Positions 52,024 to 63,300 of a stretch of 64,000 bases of DNA are shown one piece after another. The notes beneath the pieces are model-generated. The model made no database searches and was not told the origin of the DNA. It saw nothing but the letters and a program-made list of their open reading frames with translations. A program made the translations under genes and the position numbers. The DNA comes from Cryomorpha ignava. GTDB lineage: Bacteria > Bacteroidota > Bacteroidia > Flavobacteriales_F > PHOS-HE28. The stretch's first letter is position 1; each line of letters begins with the position of its first letter. The DNA lies in NCBI GenBank assembly GCA_040391235.1, contig JBEBYG010000016.1:1977-65976 (forward strand), written 5' to 3'.

Positions 52024-52680
52024 TTGACCACCGGAAAAATGAGCCAGCGGGACATTGAATTGGCAACCATGGACGTGAACGTGCGTCTTGACCCTGCATG
52101 GAAGAGCATGGAACCTGCCGAACCAGTGTACGATGGCATCATCGACGGTTGCTTAGCTGGCGAACGCCGCAGCCAGCAGCAGGTCTACGGGCTCTTCTAT
52201 GGCAAAATGATGTCCGTATGCCTTCGTTACACCAAGAACCACGACCAAGCCAAGGATATTCTGCAGGATGGCTTCATCAAGGTGTTCCGCAATCTGAAGA
52301 ACTTCAACCGGGATGGCAGCTTCGAGGGCTGGGTGCGGCGGATCATGGTGAATACGGCGATCGATCACTTCCGACGGGCGCGGCACTCTTACCTGCTCTT
52401 GGGGGAGGATCGCAGCATGGAGGAATTCGAGGATGTTGCTGCGAGCGAGGAACCGGAGGAGGATGTGACCATGGACCTGAAGCCGGCCGAAGTGATCAAT
52501 GCGATGCAGAAATTGACGCCTGCCTATCGCACCGTTTTCAATCTGTACGTGTTTGAGGAAATGACCCACAAGGAAATAGCCGCCACATTGGGCATTAACA
52601 TTGGCACCTCAAAGAGCAATTTGGCTAAAGCAAAGAACAACCTGAAGCGTTTGCTGAAAAAGGAGCATAACCTTCCTTGA
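52024..52680 (+). CDS. ECF-subfamily RNA polymerase sigma-70 factor
   Basis: Sigma region 2 ('QDGFIKVFRNL...FEGWVRRIMVNTAIDHFRR') and region 4 ('YRTVFNLYVFEEMTHKEIAATLGI'). Confidence 0.8.
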   Translation: MTTGKMSQRDIELATMDVNVRLDPAWKSMEPAEPVYDGIIDGCLAGERRSQQQVYGLFYGKMMSVCLRYTKNHDQAKDILQDGFIKVFRNLKNFNRDGSFEGWVRRIMVNTAIDHFRRARHSYLLLGEDRSMEEFEDVAASEEPEEDVTMDLKPAEVINAMQKLTPAYRTVFNLYVFEEMTHKEIAATLGINIGTSKSNLAKAKNNLKRLLKKEHNLP

Positions 52681-52683
52681 GAA

Positions 52684-54003
52684 ATGGCTGGAAGCAACAA
52701 CGATCTGGACGCTTTTGAGCAGCGCTTGAAAGACAGCCTCGAACATTACGAGGTGCCTTACAACTCAGCGGATTGGGCTCAAATGGAACGCGCACTCGCC
52801 AGCGGAGTGCGTGGTTGGGGCCGGGGGCGCGCGCTGATCGCGGGCCTCTTATTGGCAGGTGGACTATTGATCGGTGGAACGGCTTACTTCATGGGGCGCG
52901 ACACCGGCAGCCAACTCGCCGAAGGAGTTCCGTCCAACTCCCTGACCACCACACCACCAGCGAAGAACCAAGAAAAGACCACCTCTTCCGCAGCCCAGAG
53001 CGATGGAACGGTCAGCTCCAACTTCGCCAGCAAAAAAGAGACCCTGACGTCCGAGCTATCAAAAGAAGCCGAGAGCAGGGATGTTGCGACCACGAATGAT
53101 GCATCGCTGGTTAAACAGACCACTGTGGTTCATGCACACGCCCCCGTGTCCACTTCCACAAAGAGCATCCCTACCAATACGGGACTACCTGCTGAAGCGC
53201 CCCTCACACCTGCACCCAAGAGCGCAGGTACGATATTCCGCGCCAGCGCTAAAGAAGCCTGCCCAGGCAGCCCTGTAGAGTTCACGGTGGAGCACATGCC
53301 GGAAGATGGCATTTACCTCTGGAACTTTGGGGATGGAAGCTTCAGTAATAAGCCCAATCCACAGCACGTCTTCTCGAAGCCGGGAAGATACCAAGTGATG
53401 CTGTCCATGTCCTCTGCAGGGGCCGGCACTATTCATAACAAGCCGAGCAGCGATATGATCGTGATCCACGACGCACCCTCTGCTGCCTTCAACATCTTGA
53501 AGCTGGAGTATACCGGCCAAGTACCGAGTGTGCATTTCGAAAGTCGCGCACAAGGTGCTTCGAGCTATCACTGGGATTTCGGGGAAGGCAGCGTGAGCAC
53601 CCTACCACACCCCGACCACGTGTACAAGCAGAAGGGTGTGTATCAAGTGGTGCAGACCGTGACGAATGCGACCGGTTGTGTCGATCGGAAGGTGAAGGAG
53701 CTACGTATTGACAAGGACTTCGATCTGGGTGCGCCTAAGAGCTTCTCTCCCAATAGCGATGGCAAGGATGACAACTTCATGCCTCAAACACTGCTTGAGC
53801 TGAAGACGAAATTCCAACTGGCCATCTACGACCCCGCAGGGACCTTGGTATATAGCACGAGCGACGCCACACGCCCTTGGTGCGGCAAAGTGAAGAACCA
53901 AGGTGCGGTATGCTCAACTGGCGACTACGTTTGGGTAGTTGATGTGGAATCGGCCAATCGTACCACGGAGACCTTTACCGGAACTGTGAAGCTCGACCAT
54001 TGA
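52684..54003 (+). CDS. Anti-sigma-like single-pass membrane protein with PKD domains and a T9SS type-B (gliding-motility CTD) C-terminus
   Basis: Starts 4 nt after the ECF sigma stop. Cytoplasmic N-terminus plus TM ('ALIAGLLLAGGLLIGG'). 'WNFGDGS' / 'WDFGEGS' PKD motifs. C-terminal 'FSPNSDGKDDNF' type-B sorting motif. Confidence 0.55.
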   Translation: MAGSNNDLDAFEQRLKDSLEHYEVPYNSADWAQMERALASGVRGWGRGRALIAGLLLAGGLLIGGTAYFMGRDTGSQLAEGVPSNSLTTTPPAKNQEKTTSSAAQSDGTVSSNFASKKETLTSELSKEAESRDVATTNDASLVKQTTVVHAHAPVSTSTKSIPTNTGLPAEAPLTPAPKSAGTIFRASAKEACPGSPVEFTVEHMPEDGIYLWNFGDGSFSNKPNPQHVFSKPGRYQVMLSMSSAGAGTIHNKPSSDMIVIHDAPSAAFNILKLEYTGQVPSVHFESRAQGASSYHWDFGEGSVSTLPHPDHVYKQKGVYQVVQTVTNATGCVDRKVKELRIDKDFDLGAPKSFSPNSDGKDDNFMPQTLLELKTKFQLAIYDPAGTLVYSTSDATRPWCGKVKNQGAVCSTGDYVWVVDVESANRTTETFTGTVKLDH

Positions 54004-54372
54004 CCGGTACCGAAGAGATCTGACCCACTCCGATGAGGATCTGCTCCGAGTGTTGACCATAGATCTCGGTCATGTGTGATCATAAGATCTTGTTGGGAGC
54101 CTAGTTGATAACGGCCTCGTTCAGCCTTCTATATTCAGTGAAGTGCGAACCGGCGGTGGAGTTCGCAATATCGAGCTGTGCTTTAAATGGCACGGCCCTT
54201 CTCCCTGCTCAGGGAATCTTGGATCCGTTGTTAGCAGCAAGCTTTCTGGTGGTGCTCTACAATTGACATCCACCCGTTGAATATTTTTTCCGGGATTCAT
54301 CGTGCTAAACGGGTCATTCGTCCATTGAATACGGGATCCTTGTTCACCGTATGAGATCGGATCTTATTTTAC

Positions 54373-57300
54373 ATGCCATTGGTACGGAATACTCCGCATC
54401 GCCCATCAATGGTCAGCTCCCTTCTTCGCCTTTTGGCACCCAGGTACCAGCCTTCCCAGCTGCGGCATGTGCAGTTGGTGCTGTTGATGTTGGCTTCGCC
54501 CGTGGTGGCCTTTGGTCAATCCTACATCATCTCGAATGGCGCGAGCAATACGTGCGTTGGCGCTTTCCTGGACAGCGGAGGAGAAGGTGCCAGCGGCTAT
54601 GGGAACAATGAGAACTATACCTATACACTGTGCCCCGATGCGCCGGGTGGTGCGATCTCGCTAAGCTTCCTCACCTTCAACCTCAGTGCGGCCGGGGTAG
54701 CTCCTGTGGATGCGATGACCATCTACGACGGCAACAGTACCGCGGCTCCGGTTCTGGGGACTTGGACCGGTACTTCCCTTGAGGGTCAGGTGGTATCCGC
54801 CAGTGCGGGAAACACCACCGGCTGCCTTACGGTGGTATTCCGTTCGAACAACACCGGCACCGGGGTATTTGCCGCGGCGATCACCTGTTACCAGCCCTGT
54901 TCGCGCCCTACCGCTGCAGCAACGCATGGCTCCGCCAACCCGCAGAAGATCTGCCCTGGCGAATCCGTCACCTTCAATAGCAGTGCCTCCACAGCTGCAG
55001 CCGGCTTCAACATTGCCAACCGCCGCTGGGATTTCGGGGATGGAACGGTCTTGAACAATGCACCGGTTTCCGTGAACCATATCTACACGCAACCCGGCTC
55101 CTATACCGCTCAACTGTATCTACTGGACAACAACGGCTGTGCAAGCACCAACCGTGTGGACTTGGTGACGTGGGTGGGTACGATCCCTGATTTTAATGGC
55201 ACAGAGGGAATTACCGGCTGCAGTGGTGAGACGCTTTGCTTGGACGGAATAGTGAATCCTACCACTTGGAACGAGCTTCCGGACGGCGACCTCGGGGGCG
55301 GGGTTTTCCTACCCGACAATGCAGGCGCCTGCTTCAGCACCACGCTCACGTTCTCGCAGTTCGCACTAGGTCAAACACTAACCAACGTAAACCAACTGCT
55401 CGGCATCTGCGTGAACATGGAGCACTCCTATATGGGTGATCTGATCATCCGGATCATTAGCCCCACTGGCCAAACCGTTGTGCTTCATCAGCAGGGAGGC
55501 GCAGGCACGTATTTGGGCATACCGGTGGACAACGAACTCACACCCAACGTACAAGGTGTTTGTTGGAATTACTGCTGGAGCCCGACGGCCACCAGCGGTA
55601 CTTGGGCGGCCAATTCAGGGGGGACATTGCCCAGCGGCACCTACCAAAGTGTGGGGGCCCTCTCCGGCCTGATCGGATCGCAATTGAACGGGACCTGGAC
55701 CTTTGAGGTATGCGACATGTGGTCCATAGACAATGGCTTCATCTGCGATTGGGGGATCACCTTCGACCCTGCACTCTATCCGGACCTGGTCGAATTCACA
55801 CCCGCATATGATGCAGCCAGCAGCAGCACTTCCTGGTCAGGGCCGAACATTGCTACCACCTCCGCGAATGGCAATCAGATCTGTGTTTCGGGCCTTGCCG
55901 TAGGTGACCATCCTTATGTATACACGGTAACAGATGATTTCGGCTGCACCTATGACACTACGGTAATAGTGACCATAGTGCCGGACCTCCTTGCGAGTGC
56001 CGGTGCGGATGTTTCCACTTGCGGCACTCCTGTGCAACTGAATGCAACACTCGGCACTGGCGGCATTCCCATCGTTTGCGATTACACGCTCTGGCTATAT
56101 GACAGTTGGGGTGATGGCTGGACGGGCCAATCCTATCTGACAGTGACCGTGGATGGTGTAAGTACCAGCTGGACCTTGACGGGTGGTAGTGCCGGCAGCA
56201 CCCCGATCACTGTTTCCCCAGGGTCCACGATCGTCTTGAACTATCAGGGCATCGGACTATTCGCCTACGAGCAATCCTTTGCGCTGATTAACAGTGCCGG
56301 GGTGACCGTGTACTCCGGTTCCAATCCAAACAATGGAAACGTATGGTCCGGGACCGCTACTTGCCCCAATGGTGGGCTGGTCTATAGCTGGAGTCCAGCG
56401 GCGGGGCTGTCCAATGCATCCATTGCCAACCCTGTCGCTACCGTATCCTCCACTACGGAATATTGTGTCACGGTATATCAGCAAGGGCACCCTGACTGCC
56501 CGGCCACGGATTGCGTGACGATCACCGTGGATGATCCCGTGGATGCGGGCAGCAATGGATCAGTCACCACCTGTGCGAACGGCAGCAGCTTCAGCCTGTT
56601 CAGTGAACTTGCAGGAACGCCTGATGCCGGAGGCACTTGGACCGGTCCGACAGGTGCCACGCATGATGCTGTGTTCGTGCCGGGAAGCGACCCCAGCGGG
56701 ACCTATACCTATACAGTGACCGGCACCGGGGCTTGTGGAAACTCCACTTCTACATCCACGGTCACCGTTATCATCAACACCCCACCCAGCCCGGGTACTG
56801 ATGGCGCATTGACGCTTTGCAGTTCCGGAGCGGCAGAGACCCTCTTTGCCGCTTTGGGCGGAAACCCGGGTACTGGAGGATCATGGACCGGCCCCAGCGC
56901 TGTGACCGGCGGCATGATCGCCCCCGCGACGATGCAGGCTGGCGACTACATATATACTGTATCAGGAATAGCGCCGTGTCCGGATGAATCCGCCATGGTG
57001 AGCGTTACGATCAACACACCACCGGACCCGGGAGCTGATGGCGCATTGACGCTTTGTAGTTCGGGAGCATCCGAGGATCTCTATAACGCTCTGGGCGGAA
57101 GTCCTGATCCCGGCGGCGTCTGGAGCGGCCCGAGCGACATCATCGGAGTTCAGATCGATCCTGCCACCATGAGCGCCGGTGATTATGTGTACACCGTGAA
57201 TGGAATAGCTCCTTGCCCTACCGAGACCGCTACAGTGAGCGTGGCGATCCATACGCCGCCGAATGCCGGAAACGATGGTAGCATCATTTTATGCAGCACG

Positions 57301-60300
57301 TCCAGTGCGACATCGCTCTTCGACCAACTCGGCGGAACACCAGATGCCGGCGGTATTTGGAGCGGGCCCAGCGTAGTAACCGGCGGCATGATCGACCCAG
57401 CTGCAATGCTGGCGGGTGACTACACCTACACCGTTTCCGGAACGGCACCTTGCCCGGATGCTACCGCTACAGTAAGCGTTACCATCAACACACCACCGGA
57501 TCCCGGCACCGATGGAGCTTTGACTCTTTGTAGTTCCGGCGTGGCAGAAGGCCTCTTCACCGCCTTAGGCGGTAGCCCTGATGGCGGAGGAATTTGGACA
57601 GGACCCAGCACCGTGACCGGAGGCATGATCGATCCCGCCACCATGAGCGCAGGGGATTACGTGTACACCGTGAATGGCACAGCTCCTTGCCCTACCGAGA
57701 CCGCTACAGTGAGCGTTGCGATCCATACGCCGCCGAATGCCGGAAACGATGGTAGCATCATTTTATGCAGCACGTCCAGTGCGACATCGCTCTTCGACCA
57801 ACTCGGCGGAACACCAGATGCCGGCGGTATTTGGAGCGGGCCCAGCGTAGTAACCGGCGGCATGATCGACCCAGCTGCAATGCTGGCGGGTGACTACACC
57901 TACACCGTTTCCGGAACGGCACCTTGCCCGGATGCTACCGCTACAGTAAGCGTTACCATCAACACACCACCGGATCCCGGCACCGATGGAGCTTTGACTC
58001 TTTGTAGTTCCGGCGTGGCAGAAGGCCTCTTCACCGCCTTAGGCGGTAGCCCTGATGGCGGAGGAATTTGGACAGGACCCAGCACCGTGACCGGAGGCAT
58101 GATCGATCCCGCCACCATGAGCGCAGGGGATTACGTGTACACCGTGAATGGCACAGCTCCTTGCCCTACCGAGACCGCTACAGTGAGCGTTGCGATCCAT
58201 ACGCCGCCGAATGCCGGAAACGATGGTAGCATCATTTTATGCAGCACGTCCAGTGCGACATCGCTCTTCGACCAACTCGGCGGAACACCAGATGCCGGCG
58301 GTATTTGGAGCGGGCCCAGCGTAGTAACCGGCGGCATGATCGACCCAGCTGCAATGCTGGCGGGTGACTACACCTACACCGTTTCCGGAACGGCACCTTG
58401 CCCGGATGCTACCGCTACAGTAAGCGTTACCATCAACACACCACCGGATCCCGGCACCGATGGAGCTTTGACTCTTTGTAGTTCCGGCGTGGCAGAAGGC
58501 CTCTTCACCGCCTTAGGCGGTAGCCCTGATGGCGGAGGAATTTGGACAGGACCCAGCACCGTGACCGGAGGCATGATCGATCCCGCCACCATGAGCGCAG
58601 GGGATTACGTGTACACCGTGAATGGCACAGCTCCTTGCCCTACCGAGACCGCTACAGTGAGCGTTGCGATCCATACGCCGCCGAATGCCGGAAACGATGG
58701 TAGCATCATTTTATGCAGCACGTCCAGTGCGACATCGCTCTTCGACCAACTCGGCGGAACACCAGATGCCGGCGGTATTTGGAGCGGGCCCAGCGTAGTA
58801 ACCGGCGGCATGATCGACCCAGCTACGATGCTGGCGGGTGACTATGTCTACACCGTGTCGGGAATACCGCCTTGCCCGAATGAAACCGCTACGGTCAGCG
58901 TAACGATCAACCTCCAACCCAACGCCGGAACGGATGGATCGATCGCTCTATGCATTTCGAGTCCTGGGATTCCCTTGTTCGCCGAATTGAATGGTACTCC
59001 CAATGCTGGTGGCACGTGGAGCGGACCAAGTGCAGTGAACAATGGACTGTTCGATCCAGCCTCTATGGTACCGGGCGATTACACCTACACGGTGACCGGC
59101 ACTGCGCCATGCCCCACCGTCAGCGCTTTGGTGACCGTTAACGTGGTTACGAACCCTGACCCCGGAACTCCAGGGAGCCTTACGTTGTGCGCATCAGCGG
59201 CCAGCATCAACCTCTTCGCCCAACTCGGTGGCACACCCGATACAGGCGGTGCATGGACGGGCCCGAGCACTGTAACCGGTGGGCTGTTCGACCCTGCGAC
59301 CATGAGCGCCGGGGTATACAGCTATACCATCACGGTTCCACCACCTTGCTCCAGTGTTAGCTCAACAGTTACGCTCAATGTAGTGCAGCCACCCAGCGCG
59401 GGTAATAGTTCAGCACTTACGCTTTGCATCAGTAGCCCGGCCACCAACCTCTTTACCGCCTTGGGCGGCAGTCCTGATGCTGGAGGAACGTGGAGTGGAC
59501 CAAGCACTATTGCCGGGGGATCATTCGACCCTGCCACCATGAATGCCGGGAACTATACCTACACCGTGGCCGGAACTACACCGTGCCCTGCGGATCAAGC
59601 AGTGGTATCCGTTTCCGTGGTGGCAGCACCCGATGCCGGAACGCCCGGAAGCATCACCCTCTGCAGCTCTGATGATCCCATTGCACTTTTCGCGCAACTC
59701 GGTGGAACGCCCGATGCGGGCGGCGCATGGAGCGGACCAAGCACCGTGACCGGTGGACAATTCGATCCCGCCAGCATGAGCGCGGGCGTATACACCTACA
59801 CCATCAGCGTTCCTCCACCCTGCGTGAATGCTAGCAGCGCAGTGACGGTGAGCGTGCAAGCACCTCCAACCGCTGGCACTGATGCGTCGCTTACCCTTTG
59901 CATCAGCAGTCCTGCTACTAACCTCTTCAACACCTTGGGGGGAACGCCTGATACAGGAGGCACCTGGAGCGGCCCTAGCACCCTCACCGGAGGATCTTTC
60001 GATCCTGCGACTATGAATGCCGGAGACTACACCTATACCGTGGCCGGAACCACACCCTGCCCTGCAGACCAAGCGGTGGTATCGGTTTCCGTGGTAGCCG
60101 CACCGGATGCAGGCACGCCCGGAAGCATCACCCTCTGCAGCTCTGATGATCCCATTGCACTTTTCGCGCAACTCGGTGGAACGCCCGATGCGGGCGGCGC
60201 ATGGAGCGGACCAAGCACCGTGACCGGTGGACAATTCGATCCCGCCAGCATGAGCGCGGGCGTATACACGTACACCATCAGCGTTCCTCCACCCTGCGTG

Positions 60301-63300
60301 AATGCTACGAGCACGGTGACCGTGAGCGTGCAAACACCACCAAGCGCAGGAAGTGATGCGCCGCTTACCCTCTGCATCAGCAGCCCCGCTACTAACCTCT
60401 TCAACTCCTTGGGGGGCAATCCCAATGTCGGTGGAACTTGGAGCGGACCCAGCACCATCACTGCAGGATCGTTCGACCCTGCCACTATGAATGCCGGAGA
60501 CTACACCTATACCGTGGGCGGAACCACACCCTGCCCTGCAGACCAAGCGGTGGTATCGGTTTCCGTGGTAGCCGCACCGGATGCAGGCACGCCCGGAAGC
60601 ATCACCCTCTGCAGCTCTGATGATCCCATTGCACTTTTCGCGCAACTCGGTGGAACGCCCGATGCGGGCGGCGCATGGAGCGGACCAAGCACCGTGACCG
60701 GTGGCCAATTCGATCCCGCCAGCATGAGCGCGGGCTTGTACACCTACACCATCAGCGTGCCGCCACCTTGCGTGAACGCTACCAGCACAGTCACCGTAAG
60801 TGTGCAAGCACCGCCAAACGCGGGAAGCGACGGATCACTCACTCTTTGCATCAGCAGCCCGGCCAGTGATCTGTTCGCCTTCTTGGGTGGAAGCCCTCAT
60901 ACCGGTGGAAGTTGGACTGGACCGAGCACCATCACAGGAGGGTCATTCAATCCATCCACCATGGCTGCCGGTGATTACACCTATACCGTGGCCGGAACAA
61001 CACCGTGTCCCACGGATCAAGCAGTGGTATCCGTTTCCGTGGTGGCAGCGCCCGATGCTGGCACGCCCGGAAGCATCACCCTCTGCAGCTCTGATGATCC
61101 CATTGCACTTTTCGCACAACTCGGTGGAACGCCCGATGCGGGTGGCGCATGGAGCGGACCAAGCACCGTGACCGGTGGCCAGTTCGATCCCGCCAGCATG
61201 AACGCGGGCGTGTACACCTACACCATCAGCGTGCCGCCACCTTGCGTGAATGCTACCAGCACAGTCACCGTAAGTGTGCAAGCACCGCCAAATGCGGGAA
61301 GCGATGCCTCGCTTACGCTTTGCATCAGCAGCCCTGTAAGTGATCTCTTCAACACCTTGGGAGGAAGCCCGGATGCCGGAGGCACGTGGAGCGGGCCCAG
61401 CGCCCTCACCGCGGGATCCTTCGACCCTGCGACCATGAATGCAGGCGACTACACCTATACCGTGGCCGGAACAACACCCTGCCCTGCAGACCAAGCGGTG
61501 GTATCGGTTTCCGTGCTGGCTGCGCCAGATGCCGGAACGCCCGGTAGCATTACGCTTTGCAGCACCGATGATGTGATCGAACTCTTCGCACAGCTCGGTG
61601 GAACGCCCGATGCTGGTGGCGCATGGAGCGGACCGAGCGCCGTTACCGGAGGCCAGTTCGATCCCGCCAGCATGAGCGCAGGTGAATACACCTACACCAT
61701 CAGTGTACCCCCGCCTTGCGTGAACGCTACAAGCACAGTGACCGTAAGTGTGCAAGCACCGCCAAGCGCCGGAGGCGATGGATCACTCACTCTTTGCATC
61801 AGCAGCCCGGCCAATGATCTGTTCAACTCCTTGAGTGGAAGCCCGGACGCCGGAGGAACGTGGAGCGGACCCAGCGCCCTCACTGCGGGATCTTTCGACC
61901 CTGCGACCATGAATGCAGGGGAGTACACGTACACCGTGGCCGGAACGACACCCTGCCCGGCGGAACAAGCCACGGTGAGCGTCACTGTTTCGAGTGAACC
62001 GAATCCGGGCGACGACGACATCCTGAACCTGTGTGGATCCGGCGATCCCGTGGAACTCTTCCCGGCCCTCGGCGGCGCTGATGCCGGAGGTAATTGGGCC
62101 GGACCTTCCGGTACTGCTTTCAATGGCACATTCCTTCCGGGGACCTCTTCCGCAGGTAATTACACCTACCTCATTCCGGGCGTTGCACCTTGTCCATCGG
62201 TGAGCGCCGTGATCACCGTGAACGTAGTGACCGATGCCTTTGCGGGCGGGGATGGCAGCTTGTCGATTTGCACCTCCGGAAACATTACCTCGTTGTTCAG
62301 CCGACTGCAGGGCACACCCGATACCGGCGGCGATTGGCTCGCTCCGAATGGAACACCCTTCAGTGGAACCTTCAATCCTCTTTCCGATCCCGGAGGTGTC
62401 TACACCTATGTGATCGCTGTGCCACAGCCTTGCGTGAATGACACAGCCGAGGTGCTGGTGAACGTAACTCCGGCTGTCAATGCCGGGAACGACACCAGCC
62501 TCACGCTTTGCTCCACCAGTGCAGTGATCAACCTCTTCGACCATCTGGGTGTGGCTGATGAAGGCGGCTCGTGGATCGGTCCGGATGGCCCGAGCAGCTC
62601 CGCCTACTATCCGTCCTCGGGGATCGCGGGCAACTTCACATATACCGTTCTTGGCACCGCTCCTTGCCCGAATGTTAGCGCAACCGTGTCCATCTCTTTG
62701 AACACCATGCCCGATGCCGGTCTGGATGGCAACGCTTCCGTTTGCCCCGAAGCCCCGCCTGTTAACCTGTTCGCTACCCTTGGTGGCACTCCGGACCTTG
62801 GCGGATCCTGGACCGCGCCGAACGGACTTCCGCATGGCAACATCTTCAACCCGGCCACCGACCCGCAGGGTGCATATACCTATACCGTGAACGGCGCCGC
62901 CCCTTGTCCCGATGACAACGCCTCTGCCACGGTGCAGATCTATCTGGTACCAGTTCCGAATGCAGGCCCGGACGAGGTCAGCTGCTCCTACGATCACGCC
63001 CTGAACGCGACCGGCAGCTGGATCTCCGGTGCATGGAGCGGACCAGCGGGTACCAGTATCACGAATACGGATTCGGCATCTACCACGGCTTCAGTGGCCG
63101 CGGGTGGCGCCTACGCTTTCATTTGGAGGACACGCAGTGCGGAAGGTTGCACCAGCTCTGACACGGTCACGATCGTCTTCTCCGATCCGATCATCCCCAC
63201 GGTGAACGTAACGGATGCGCTTTGCAATGGATCCTGTGATGGTGCCGCGAACGCAACGGCCACGGGCGGAAACGTGATCTCCGATGGCTACCAATACCAA

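Noticed and set aside
59521-62997. Long minus-strand ORFs (428, 270 and 404 aa, plus many 60-150 aa) across 54.6-63.8 kb
   Set aside because: They lie antisense to the continuous frame-1 adhesin gene. They are GC-rich and repeat-driven with Arg/Gly/Ala-rich low-complexity translations and repeat with the same 474-bp period. They are artefacts.
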